A stretch of 60,974 nt of DNA, the filler included, from Catajapyx aquilonaris (taxonomy: Eukaryota), in assembly GCA_000934665.2 (NCBI GenBank). It is 4 parts of 4 records of this genome, joined end to end, with 100 filler letters (N's around TTAATTAATTAA, not from the genome) between each part and the next. Parts side by side here need not be neighbours in the genome. Positions count along the whole stretch, not along the records: positions 30,555 to 45,712 come from KZ539708.1; positions 45,813 to 60,974 come from KZ539709.1; 2 more parts are not named here. One strand, given 5' to 3'. The stretch's first letter is position 1. Each line of letters starts with the position of its first letter. Positions 38,264-49,784 of the stretch are shown here, in pieces. The notes beneath the pieces are model-generated. The model saw only the letters and a list, made by a program, of their open reading frames with translations, searched no databases and was not told where the DNA came from. The position numbers and the translations under genes are program-made.

Positions 38264-41200
38264 CTACTTCTTCTCCCCTTCAGGCTTTGGAAGAGGGACA
38301 TCTTCAGCAGTGCCCTTGTCTCTGAAGTGAGGAAACTGCTCCCATGGGACAGACAGATCAAACTTCCGGAATTCCTGGGCCAGCTCCAGAGGTTCCACCA
38401 CTACTCGCTTCACCTCGTCATCATAGCGAACCTAGGAAAAAGAACACAAGGTAGAAAGGAAACTGCTCTATACAGTAATCCATTAACCAAAAGACATGCT
38501 TATTCCTCTCCGCTATTAACTGAAGTTTCATCCACTTTTAATCAACTCATTCTCTTGAACCTTTCAAATGATATCGTAAACCATTGCAGATCTGCACACA
38601 CAACTCAATCACATCTCCTTTTTTCTCTCTCTAAATATACACAAATGTCCACTTCAGGAACTTGGTCATACCCTTCTGTCACCAATTAACCCTATGTCTC
38701 CTGCTTGACATTTTTAAAAGGTCTAGTTTAACCAGGTGCAACAAAAGGTGGCTCAGGTGGTATGCGGCCACTGTCTAGAGCTTGGAGTAGTCCACCCGGC
38801 CAATTAGGAGAGAGGACACTTTTCACATGGCAGTGGGGGAGTTTGCCTACCCTTGACAGACTGTTCTGATTTTTCCCGAATTTTTTATGGCTTTCAGCTG
38901 CAGGGATCTACCTGCATTTAAATTCGTGCAGTAAGTGTTTGTTTACAATGAATGAGACCACTGGCCTATGACGTCGTGCCATTAAAAATATCATGCGGGT
39001 GGCATAAATACTCTAACCCTGTAATGCCCCTTGGGTCATATCTGGCACACCATTTAGTGCAATTTGGCACACTTACAGAAAATATAAAAATTGCAAAAGT
39101 TGCAAAAATTGCACTAAATGGTGTGCCAGATATGACCCAGTGGGCATTACTTAGATTAGTGGCATTACAGGGTTAACATAGAAACTAGAAGTTACCTAAG
39201 GGGTCGTCCATAAACCACGTGACCGATTTTCGGGCACTTTATGACCCCCCACCCCCCCGTGACCGACTGTGGTATCCATTGGAACCCCCCCCCTTTTTCA
39301 CGTGGTTTTTTTAAAATGTCAATGTTATCAGAAAAAACGCGATAGCTCCTCAACTAAACTGTTTAAGCACGTAAAAAACATGTCTCCCCATGTTTTCGGG
39401 GTCGCTGATTTCGAATTTTAGGTCATTTTGAACCCATGTGCATCTGCCAAAGCTCCCATATGTGCCAATTCACTGTGTTCAGAGATACCACGTGAATTTT
39501 CGCCGACCCNNNNNNNNNNNNNNNNNNNNNNNNNNNNNNNNNNNNNNNNNNNNNNNNNNNNNNNNNNNNNNNNNNNNNNNNNNNCCCCCCCCCCTCCCCC
39601 CAAAACGGTCACGTGGTATATGGACGACCCCTAAGGCTATGGTGAAAGAAATTTCCGCAGAGGTTACACCAACGATTTAAGATTATAATTATAATGTTGT
39701 AGGATCCTACAACGTTCAAGGCCGCATGAGACATAGGGTTAATGTCACTCACCTCGACAAATCCACTGAGTGGGAAATCCTTGCGGAAGGGGTGTCCCTC
39801 AAACCCATAGTCAGTCAAGATGCGGCGGAGGTCTGGATGATTTGCAAAGAACACTCCATACATGTCCCAAATTTCCCTCTCGTACCAGTTGGCAGCCTTG
39901 AACACTTCATCCACAGAATCGATCGGAGTCAGTTCATCTGTGTAGGTCTTCACACGGATGCGAGAGTTGTACCGAAGAGACAGTAGGTTGTACACTATCT
40001 GCATGAAGAAAACGGCAAAGTGCTATCAATATGACATGAATTTATTCAAAATGAGAAGCACATGCATAACAATCCAAGGGTTGGCTGGAAGTAACGGCCA
40101 TTTTGGGAAAAGTAATTTTTACTATTAGAGATTCTTGTATGATGGCTGTACAATGGAGACATATAAAAATTCAGCTTTGATGGTACAGTACTATAGTGGA
40201 CAAAATTGCATTCCCTAGGGCCAGAATCTTCAACGTCTCGCTCAAACCTGCGGGAGGCGCTCGCAGAGGGGAGTCAACAGGGGGCCTGTTTTTGGTCCCT
40301 CTCCAGGAAGATGGAGAGGAGAGGTGGAAGAGGGCGGGGCTTCCGGAATATCCCCCACATCCCCCCTCTCCACTATTAAACCCAAAAACGGGCGGAATGG
40401 TGTAGCTAGGGGAGAAGGCACTCAAAACAGTTGAGAAGAGCGCGAGGCGAGGACCCTGGGCCCAAGGAGGTTTAATTCCGCAACCAATTCCTTGGTGACG
40501 TTTAATTCTTAAACCTTCACCCGCTTCCCGCCCTCCCTCCGCTACAGCCCCCTCTCCAGAAAGTCTCTTCCACCTCCGAGGAGAGAAGACACTTTTGGGG
40601 ATTTTGTGGAGAGCTCCGCCCATTTCACCCCCCTTTTCCCCCCTCTCCAACTCTCTGGAGAGGCACCAAAAACGCTCGGGTAGAGGCCACGCCCCCTCTC
40701 CATCTTCCTGGCGAGGGAGCAAAAACAGCCCCAGGGTGCAGCCAGCCAGGTAAAAATCATCACATTTTAGAGTAACAAAATTAACTACTCCCGGGGTTCT
40801 TTCCCAGTCAGGGATTAATGCCACTGGAAAGTCTCTCCAGAAGATTATGGCCCCTCCCGCAGGTTTGTGCGAGACGTCGAAGCTCTTTATTGACGTCGAA
40901 GATTTGGGCCTAAATGTTTATTTTTCGACGTTGGTGGCATTGGTGTTACCTGGCAACCATCAACATTTATGGAATGCAATTTTGTCCAGTAGTGCTAGTC
41001 CTTACATGCTTAGTGCAACTTTTATCTCAAACCACTGCAATAAATGCAGACTTTATTCCCATTGCAAAAGTACCAGCATACCTCAAAGCGGCATGACCTC
41101 GAAGGCACATCCACTCCAGCAATATCAGTAAGGTTGGTGAACTGCGCATTGTGATGGTCCTTCAGGAACATGATAACTGGCACCACTCCCTCAGGAGCAA

Positions 41201-41730
41201 TGAGAATCTCCAGCTCATCTCCCGAGGTGATCTGCACCTTCTGCACATACTTGGGCATGCACTCCGCCACGTAGCGCCCAAAGTCCGTCAGGTTCTGGCG
41301 AGCCACAGCATCAAACTTCCGCACAGTTGCTGAAAGACAAGAGTTTGACTTCAAGCTTCATTCCCTTCTAAGCGTACATGCAGCTAACTGGCTAACAAAT
41401 TCTCCTTACGCCTTGTCTCATGGGTCACCTCCGTTGTGTTCCATCTCCTGTTCAGAGCACTCACACTTGCTCGCTGGGCAGCTGGTATGCCTAAAAGTAG
41501 ATTAGATGAAAATAAGCTAGGTCTGTACACATCATGTTCTGTTTATGTTCCAAATTGTACCCATCAGGTACTGACACTTGCAGAACTCTGCTGTTACTCA
41601 TCTTTGGCTTCGTTAATTTCAATGCCAAATACTAGCATAAGAGGGCATGCCCTGTGGAGGCGTCCTTACCCCTGAGGAGCTGCCCAACTGCTCCGGTCAA
41701 CCTAAGCGAGGCTCTCAAGCAAGTCGCCAT
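38264..41730 (-). CDS. NDUFS3: NADH dehydrogenase (ubiquinone) iron-sulfur protein 3, 30 kDa subunit; 267 aa; exons 41730-41670, 41490-41410, 41329-41082, 39998-39753, 38431-38264
   Basis: Motifs [79 protein letters not shown]. Arg/Ser/Leu-rich N-terminal transit-like peptide; all introns GT-AG and frame-consistent. Confidence 0.97.
39017..39172. mobile_element. piggyBac-like MITE in NDUFS3 intron 4
   Basis: CCCTGTAATGCC...GGCATTACAGGG with CTAA / TTAA flanks. Confidence 0.65.
39200..39631. mobile_element. PIF/Harbinger-like MITE in NDUFS3 intron 4
   Basis: GGGGTCGTCCATA...TATGGACGACCCC TIRs with TAA TSD; internal N gap. Confidence 0.8.
40190..40995. mobile_element. TIR-bounded insertion in NDUFS3 intron 3
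   Basis: tggacaaaattgcattcc (40197) pairs with ggaatgcaattttgtcca (40971); GC-rich interior. Ends approximate. Confidence 0.55.
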
Positions 41731-41960
41731 CTTGCTGGCCAGCTGCAGACGAGAACCTAATTTACAACTGCTCCTATGCCATATTGCTAGCGTGTGTGCG
41801 CATGCGCACACTGAACCATATATTTATCGATACGAAATTTACGGCTGTAATTTGGGAATATCCGGTACCGCGTCTCATTAGGATTAATCGTCTTTTGAAT
41901 TAAATTGACAGCCTCAAATAATCAAATTTGATAGCTTATTTTGGCCGTACGCATGCGCCG
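41726..41960 (-). promoter_or_regulatory. NDUFS3 promoter: NRF-1/Ewg-type sites, DRE, YY1-like motif
   Basis: Palindrome TGTGCGCATGCGCACA (41795-41810), ACGCATGCGC (41949-41958), TATCGATA (41825-41832), CGCCATCTTG overlapping the ATG. Confidence 0.65.
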
Positions 41961-42281
41961 TGGGAGTCTGCTCGCTCGTTGTATGTTCAAACAAAATTGA
42001 AAAACATGGCATTTCGGCGCGGTGTTGAACAGTTGTGTTGCATTTTTATTTATTCATTATTAATATAGCTGTTCCTGAACAATATGCAACTCTGAGAAGA
42101 ATATACTCAATAAAATCACGTGGAGTTCCAGAACCCATGATGATTTCATATGGTGGGAAAAAATTACACAATGTCTTCTTCGCATGCACCAGGCAAAGAA
42201 ACAGGGTAAGGGCGAGGTGAAGCCACCCAAAATATGAAAGTGAATGCACTTCCTTCATTGTTATTGTCACTTTATGGTATA

Positions 42282-42399
42282 TAGTCTGGTGACCCGGGGT
42301 AGCTTGCCCCCTGGGGTAACTGGTTGTTTACTGCAATCCTTTTACATATGTTGCCATGGTGATTGCCCCTGGGATAGCTTACCCGGGGTCATCAGACTA
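42282..42399. repeat. Small palindromic MITE-like element
   Basis: tagtctggtgacccgggg...cccggggtcatcagacta. Confidence 0.6.
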
Positions 42400-42513
42400 G
42401 GGGCCTATATTTACTATTTTAACACTAAAGAATCACAATTATTTACACATAGACTCCTGCAATTACAATGGAAGGCAGAAAAACCACACATCAAGAGAGA
42501 TGCCAGCATGAAG

Positions 42514-43607
42514 TTATAGATTCATATTAACATTGAGGAGGGCTATATTTGTTTGACAGGCCCTATTCACTCTCTCCTTTATGTCGTAGTGACACTGTAC
42601 AGATACATTCTTAGTTGTACTGGCCACTCTCAAATGGTAGACTGGAAGGAGTGAAATTATTTTTAAATCATTCTAATAAACATTAGCACTCATTTCTGTG
42701 GGATAAGTTACCATGTACCATATCGTACCTGAATACTGCCTTGCATTGTTTTGGAACAGACATATTGGGGTTTCTTTTCCTAACGTCACTCAATGTTCCA
42801 GTTTGGACACCTTTTGGGATGCAAAGAGGAGAGCTCGTTTGAGTGTGCCTATTCACTGTCTCCTTTAAGTCGTAGTGACACTGGACAGATGCATTTTTAG
42901 TCATAATTGCGACTTGCACGGGGACAGAGACTTGCACATGGACACTTTTGCATTTCTTTTCAAGATGTGCTGTGTTCTACAAGGAGCAAAAAGAAGAAAC
43001 CAATGTCAGAACGTGCTATTGAGTCTGTAAATAAACATCACCTGTACCTGTGTGGAGGTCGACTCATCATGACGGGATATTCTCGTACCATAACTCTCAG
43101 ATGTGTTCTGAAATAAGTAGGTGCACTTGGAAATTTGTATGTGCGAAATGTACTTTTGAGTCTGTAAATAAACATCACCTGTACCTGTGTGGAGGTCGAC
43201 TCATCATGACTGGATATTCTTGTACCATAACTCTCAGATGTGTTCTGAAATAAGTAGGTGCACTTGGAAATTTGTATGTGCGAAATATGTACAGTAGGTA
43301 CATCTGCTTTCGCCTCTACCTGCAGTTTCGGAACGGCGTTGGGCTTCAGTCTCCGTGTCTGCTGGTCTGGTCTAAAGGGAAATATAGACTGCCTGTCAAA
43401 GTGATCTAGACACACCCGATGATGTGACTTGGGTGCGTACGTTGGCGGCAAATTCACCGATGCTCTCCATTGTTGCATCAAGTCTTCATTTTCCCGGGGG
43501 AATGAGAAGAAATGGACGCGCTGACCATTTGTCTGACGACGCCCACAAACTACGCAAATGCGTCCTACCGGAGGCTTCCCGATAGTGGCAGCTCCTTGCT
43601 CAGCCAT
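42514..43607 (-). CDS. THAP zinc-finger protein (~266-270 aa); exons 43607-43320, 43244-43185/43179, 43107-43048/43042, 42976-42712, 42641-42514
   Basis: THAP signature CVVC..FFSFP..W..VCLDHF..LKPNAVP. Downstream exons join through short frame-consistent GT-AG introns. CRE palindrome GTGACGTCAC upstream at 43740. Confidence 0.8.
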
Positions 43608-44081
43608 GTTACCTGATGCAAGGTCAACCGCGATATGCCCGCAGCTTCCGGTTCCGTGAAGTTATGTGTCCGGTCGTCGTTTCGCCATCCACCCGAGTGA
43701 GGCGCCACTTACGGCGAGTCGGCGATTGACACGCCTCCCGTGACGTCACTCCGCAAGCGGGGGATACGAATGCTGCCAACTTTGACCTTCTGTCCGGGCC
43801 TTACGGTTCTGTTTTGAGACAAACGGATTTTTGCGTTGGAGTCAGGATTTTTTGCCTGATTTTTTAGACATCAACTTGTCTTCAGACTGGAGTGTCCCTT
43901 TAATGAGAGCATCATTAATACATACATAATTTCCTACTGGCAGCATTTATTGCTTCGTATTGTGACACATACTTGCATGTGACTGTGTATAATTAAGGGA
44001 TGTTAAATAAAGGCTCACATATTAATGCACTTATATTACAAAATTACAAAATAACAACTGGGGAAGCAAAGTGGCTCAGCT

Positions 44082-44790
44082 TCATTTTTCCACGTTTCCT
44101 TGACTGCCTGGAACTGGCATGTTGTCATAAGACTTAGAGAGCTTGGCGCCACTGAAGTCAAAACCAGGATTCTGTAATAAAAATCACATTTTGCATACAC
44201 ATTGCGGCTACAAGTCAAGATAAATGTGAATGCAATGCCAGCGACATGCCAACATTTTCATTACAATCCCATTCCTGTCACCAACCTCAATTTGAAATCT
44301 CTCCAAGTCCAGCTTTTGCCTCATTTGGTGCAGAGTGTATGGATCTGCCTCATACACTCCAAGCAGTAACGAAGTCCAATATTGCTCCTTCTCTGTGTAG
44401 TCCGCCTTGGTCAAGACTATCCTCAGCAGTTTTTTATCTTCAACCGTCCAAACTACATCATCTGCCCGAACTGTCCCAAAGAAGTCACCCTGAAACAAAA
44501 CCCACAATAACTATAAAGACCAATGTCCAATTGCAAACAATAATTTTCATCAAGTTTTCATACAATCGACCACTAATCTGTGAACATGCCTGAAACTTCT
44601 CCTGGCCCCTGACAGAGCAGGAAATGTGCTTTGGCTTGCAGACAACCTGTATTTCCCTGCTACCACAACCTTCAGGAAGGGTGACTTCAATGTGAACTTC
44701 ATCAACCGTCTGCCACCATCTTCCCCAAGGTGTCTCGCAGGGGACAACGCCGCTTTTCTCATCAAAATGGCTCAAGTCGGACAGCGGCAT
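44082..44790 (-). CDS. NUDCD2: NudC domain-containing protein 2 (164 aa); exons 44790-44590, 44489-44286, 44171-44082
   Basis: HFDEKSGVVPCETPWGRWWQTVDEVHIEV..WTVEDKKLLRIVLTK..WTSLL..ADP..QMRQKLDLERFQIENPGFDFSGA; upstream 5'UTR donor AAAG|GTAAGT near 44956. Confidence 0.95.
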
Positions 44791-45039
44791 CTTCCAGCTG
44801 AAAACCACATTATTAGCTCTTCACTTTCATACTACGCGTAATTACAATACGAATTACATGATGAAATGATTAGCATTGTTACTGGTGTAGTGCCAGAACA
44901 GGGATGTTATTAGGTGTAAAATCATTATGGCGTGATTAATGATGAATATTACTTACCTTTTACAAAGTCGCTCTCCAAATTTGAGTCCTAAATCACGCCA
45001 AAATTCGCGAAACAACTGCAATGCAAATCTATTGCTTAT

Positions 45040-45260
45040 AATTTGGCGGCCATCTTGGATTAAATGGTACGGCAACCCTGATCTTCGCAAAATTCCAAAA
45101 TGCGAATAATCATTGCCAGTTCTTCCCCCAGTATACTTTCCTAGTGCAATAAATTTTCGCATCATTTAATTCACAAAAAACGTCCTAACTAGTTCGCGCA
45201 TTTCAAAATTCGATTTACACAATCCAGTTCTGAAACGCTGGCAGCACGCATGCGCCCGTT
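45040..45260. promoter_or_regulatory. NUDCD2 promoter region (YY1-like and NRF-1-like motifs), possibly bidirectional
   Basis: GCGGCCATCTTGG at ~45046 and ACGCATGCGC at 45246-45255; CpG-rich. Confidence 0.45.
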
Positions 45261-45712
45261 CTCCACCTCGCGCTCTGATTAGTCCATTCGACTCATCCCG
45301 ACCATATGATTGGCTCTGTTGCTGACTTCTCCCCCCTTTCCTCCTGGAGTTGCCAAAATCCTTGCGAAACTTTACTTGTCTCCCTTTCCGTCGCATTTTT
45401 GCAGGGATCCGCAACAATCCGCAACAGGAGCAGAGTCCATTCCGAAGAAAAAAAGTGATTCTCCAGTTTCAATGCACAACTGGAAGAAGGGTGAGGAGCG
45501 GTGAGGAGAGGTGGTGGAAAGAGGGTGGGTGGGCTGGGTGGGGAGAGAGAGACGCCGAACAGGCAGCGCCGCCTGTCTCCCGCTCCTCGAAGTGGCACCG
45601 CAGCAGAGAGAGAGAAGGGCAGAGGCATTGTTGTCATATCTTGTGGCCCCACCGGTGCATCTCGCCAAGTTTACCCCCCTCAGTGTGGCACATCGAGAGA
45701 GGGAAGGGGGTG

Positions 45713-45812
45713 NNNNNNNNNNNNNNNNNNNNNNNNNNNNNNNNNNNNNNNNNNNNTTAATTAATTAANNNNNNNNNNNNNNNNNNNNNNNNNNNNNNNN
45801 NNNNNNNNNNNN
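45713..45812. other. Artificial 100-nt assembly spacer
   Basis: N-run with central TTAATTAATTAA. Confidence 0.95.
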
Positions 45813-46301
45813 TCGCAGAAGTTGGTATTGGCCAGCTCGTCCCATGTATAAACATAGGCTCAACACCCCACCCCCTGCCCTCCGTTTCTAAGCGCAAGAA
45901 CTACCTTAATACATGACAACTGGATATGCATTAGTGAACAACAGAAATGAGACAGTGACCTGCTGCCCCCCAAAAAATTTTAACAATTTGAAAAGTGGAC
46001 CCAAATAAGATAATTAGATGATTTTGCAGTTGTAAAACCAACGAAATATATTCTTGTTAGTATTTTGTTAAACCTCCCTTTGACTTTATGTCAACTGCAC
46101 ATCTGCCCAGCATAGACTTGATCTAGTTCTGAATATATGCTTCATCTAGATGATTATTTCAAACATTGATTACCATCTCCTGTAACTGCCTTTTGGATTG
46201 GCACTTCCTATCAGCACCTTTTTTTCCTAGTTTGGACCCGCAATCTTCAGAATCCCACCGTAGGCCAAAAGAACCTCTCCACTGGTTGCCTGTGTTTCAT
46301 G

Positions 46302-46784
46302 CAGTGCTGGACAAATTAGCTGTCGCTGAATGTTTTTTTTCCGTCGGCGACGGCGCTGCGTAACCTGGCAACCCCGTCCAGCGGGCCAATTCAAACATCA
46401 GCATGTGGAGAATGCTTCCATTGTTGCCGCTGTTTACAAATCGTGTGAGTGACGCGGACGACCCAGGGACGGGTCTCTTCTGCCTGCGCACTCAGGGCCA
46501 TTTTCTCGAACAGTGGTTCAAATGTAAACCCGGTTCAAAGCCGGTTTAAACTCTTGCCAACAGCCTAACAACAATCAAATCAGGGATTAAACTGGCTTTG
46601 AACCCGGTTTACATTTGAACCACTGTTCGAGAAAACGGCCCTCACTCACTCGATTTGTAAACAGTGGCAACAATGGAAGCGCTCTCCATGGGCTGATGTT
46701 TGAATTGGCCCGCCGGGCGGGGTTGCCAGGTAACGCTGCCGCCAAAAAAAAAACATTCAGCGACGGCTAATTTGTCCATCACTG
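46302..46784. mobile_element. Palindromic Tc1-like MITE (CAGTG...CACTG) with a nested MITE
   Basis: cagtgctggacaaattagc...gctaatttgtccatcactg; inner arms shared with the 381-765 MITE. Confidence 0.8.
46495..46641. mobile_element. PIF/Harbinger-like MITE
   Basis: GGGCC(A/G)TTTTCTCGAACAGTGG TIRs, 3-bp TSD TCA. Confidence 0.85.
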
Positions 46785-47125
46785 TACCATATTACCCTGC
46801 ATATTTCTTTGCAAAAGTGTTTGAGCAGGCTTTGCAAATGCTGGTACAGTGTTGTACCTAAATCGAGGCATATTGCTAGCGACATTTTCCGAAGCGGCAG
46901 AAGAAGGAATCGAAGATAAAGATACTGCATGCCAGGCGAACAAGATTCCCTCTTCTGCCACTTCTGTCGCTGGCAGTATGCCTCGATTTATGTCCAACAC
47001 TGTACCATGGCTGGAAAACACCTTCACCAACATGGTGTTGGTGTGATGCAGTTGCTAAAGTTATCATCATGAGCAAAAATCTGGACACGTCAATAGGTGT
47101 GCCTGGGGGGAAGAGTTTCAGCTGA

Positions 47126-47815
47126 AATGGGGAACTAGCCTTCATTTTGGAAACTACATAATAAATTCGCCCATATTTTTTGGATTTTTTTGGCGTATTT
47201 CGTTTTAAGATATCAGTTTCAGTTCCGGAGATATTGGCGTTTTTTCGAAGGGAATGGTGACGTCACTGTTTCCCTCGAAAATGTTGACGTCATGCGAAGT
47301 GAAATGAACGCAAAAATGATGTTATAGAACGCGCCCCGTCATTGTCGTAAAATGCTTCGTTGTTGTTAGCAACCGCACGCAACCGTCCTATTCCGTGAGC
47401 AAGATAGCGGCCAGGGCGCGTATTTATTCCAGGTCGCTCAAACCGCTTCGGGGCTGACAGTGAGTGCCAACTGGTAGGAATTATCTGTCACCCGAATTTG
47501 GCACATGAAGGCCCCCTTTCTCCACCTCGATGGCCTACAGCCGCCTTGCGAATGCTTTCCGTCGCGTCCGCGGTAAATTCTAAATCAACTTCCTCATATC
47601 TCGCAGTCAACCAGGCATTTCAGTGTACCCTTTGGATTGGCACCACCCGGCTGCCCCGTTTTTCCCGCCAATTTTGAAGGCACTTTTAAATGTGCCGTAA
47701 TTTATCCAGTAATGTTATTTTGATGCAACAGAGTGGTGGAATGTATGTTTACAGGCATGGGCTAGCTAGTTATGAACAAAAATCCCAAATCCCAGACCAA
47801 GGCTAGTTCCCCATT
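47126..47815. mobile_element. Short-TIR non-autonomous DNA element
   Basis: AATGGGGAACTAGCCTT...AAGGCTAGTTCCCCATT. Confidence 0.65.
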
Positions 47816-48005
47816 GCCTTAGGTCAATAATAATTATTGGTGTAGTGTGTGGTTCTGAAGATGGATGTCTAGTCTCTAGTGGAAGTTTGACCTCAGGTGA
47901 AGTTATGAGCAGAAAGTAAAAGATTTGACCCAAAACTTTCTATTGGCACCCACAAACTTGAAGTACCGCCATGAAAGTTTTCCTGCACTTACTTATTGCC
48001 AATAT

Positions 48006-49780
48006 ACAGGGTGTTCTATTTGAAATGTCCCTTTCAGTTAGTGATGTTTTGCTCTCAAAGCAGCTTATTTTTAAGAATTTATTTTTTGTGACTATCAAAA
48101 ATATTACTTGACTCCCTTTGCGAGGCAGTGGGGTTCCGCCTCCCCCACAACCCCCTCGCGGGGCTGCGCCCCACTTGTGCGCCTTCGGAGCAAATTGGCC
48201 GGGACCCGGGCAGATCCCCCTCGGTCTCCGTAACTCTCCGAGGCCCAGTGCAGGTGCACCCGGCCGCCCCACACTTCCCCCACTCTCCTATGCGAACAGA
48301 GCAAGTCTTTTTACGCAACAATTGGTCGGAGCAGGGTGGCATCCGTTTACAGAACATTCACCCATGACGTCACCGCTAAAGGTGTGGAGTATGAGAATGC
48401 GCCATAGCTGAAAAGGGCAAGGTGGGATTACAGTGGAACGAGGGCCAGGGGGATCCGGAGAGAGGGTGGGTGTGCTATTGTTCTCCGGCTTAACGACCAG
48501 GAGATGGGCAAGGTCACGTGCAAAATTTGACTTTTGGCCTAGCTCGAAAACTGCTGGGAAATTTGCAATTATGCGGATTTTTGGCATGACTAATTCGGGG
48601 GCAAGGAATCCAATGATGTTACTCCGAGATCTCTGTGATGCGGGAAGTGCGAAATCTTTCTCATCCTATATCCTATATCCTCGTCTAGGGGCTTTATATA
48701 GTATACTCACTTTGCGAGCGGGTGGGGCTCCGCCCCCCCGGACCCCCCCGTGGGGCTGTGCCCTACTTGCGCGCCTTCAGCGTGGTGCCCGTATTCCGCC
48801 TAATCCATCTGGTTACAGAAATCAGTGACGTCAACGGTAGCCATGAGGAGAATGCAAACGTGCCCTCTGTGACGTATCGTTGAAAACAGCGATTGGGATA
48901 ACAAAGTGACGTATCATTCTCACGGCAGGTTTGAGTAGTGTAAGCAGATCCCAGCGGGTGGAGGGGAGGGGGTGGGCCATTGTTCTCCTTCTTTACAACC
49001 ATCTGTGGGCAAGGTCGCAAGTCGATCTGAGGCAGTTTGCGGATACATTAATTTGGCGATCTCGGGTTTGCCTCTACATTTTATTTGGCTATCTCGAAAA
49101 CGGCTGGGAATTCACGATTATGAGGATTTTTGGAAACACTAAACCGGGGGCAAGGATTCCAACGGTGCAAGTCCGAGATCTCTACGACGTCGGGAAGTGC
49201 GAAATCTTATCCATCCTCCTCCTCGGATTGGGGCTTTATATGTATTACTCGCTTTGCGAGCCGGTGGGGCTCCGCCCCCCCGGACCCCCCCGGTGGGGCT
49301 GCGCCCCACTTGCGCGCCTCCGGCGCGGCGCCCGTATTCCGCCTAATACATCCGGTTGCAGAAATCAGTGACGTCACCGGTAGCGATGAGGAGTTTCCGA
49401 ACGTGCCCTCTCTGACGTATCGTTCAAAACAGCGCTTGGGATGACAAGTGGGACCATCTGTGACGTATCATTCCAACGGCAGGTTGGAGTGACAGCGGCT
49501 GGAGAGGAGGGGGGAGAGGAGGGGGTGGGCCATTGTTCTCGGGCTTAACGAACATCTAGGCACGGGCGGGAATTTAAAATTTGGTTTTTGGGCCATAGCT
49601 CTAAAACAGCTGGGAAATTTGCAGTTTTGAGGATTTTTCGATTCCCATTTAATTTTTGCAGCTATTTTTTAAGGCCACTCCCAGGCCTCTACGACGTCGG
49701 GAACTGGGAGATCTTTTCCATCCTATATCCTCCTCCTCCTCCTCCTCCTCCTCCTCCTCCTCCTCCTCGGACAGGGGCTT
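48006..49780. repeat. CAGGGTG-ended element with about three diverged ~540-600-bp tandem units
   Basis: Unit marker tttgcgag...ggggctgcgccccacttg recurs at ~48117, ~48711 and ~49253; begins TATACAGGGTG at 48002. Confidence 0.7.
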
Positions 49781-49784
49781 TATA

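Noticed and set aside
40171..40824. 217-aa ORF in NDUFS3 intron 3
   Set aside because: It lies in a GC-rich TIR-bounded insertion with no recognisable motif; likely a chance ORF.
43038..43607. Single-exon 189-aa THAP ORF as given by the ORF track
   Set aside because: It reads through introns; the five-exon spliced model fits the splice signals and duplicated exon better.
42514..43607. THAP gene as an autonomous P-element or Harbinger transposase
   Set aside because: No DDE/RNase H domain and no flanking TIRs seen.
48110..49780. Repeated units and repeated ORFs suggesting a gene array or CRISPR-like structure
   Set aside because: The units are long and diverged with no spacers and no conserved frame; eukaryotic transposon-internal tandem repeat.
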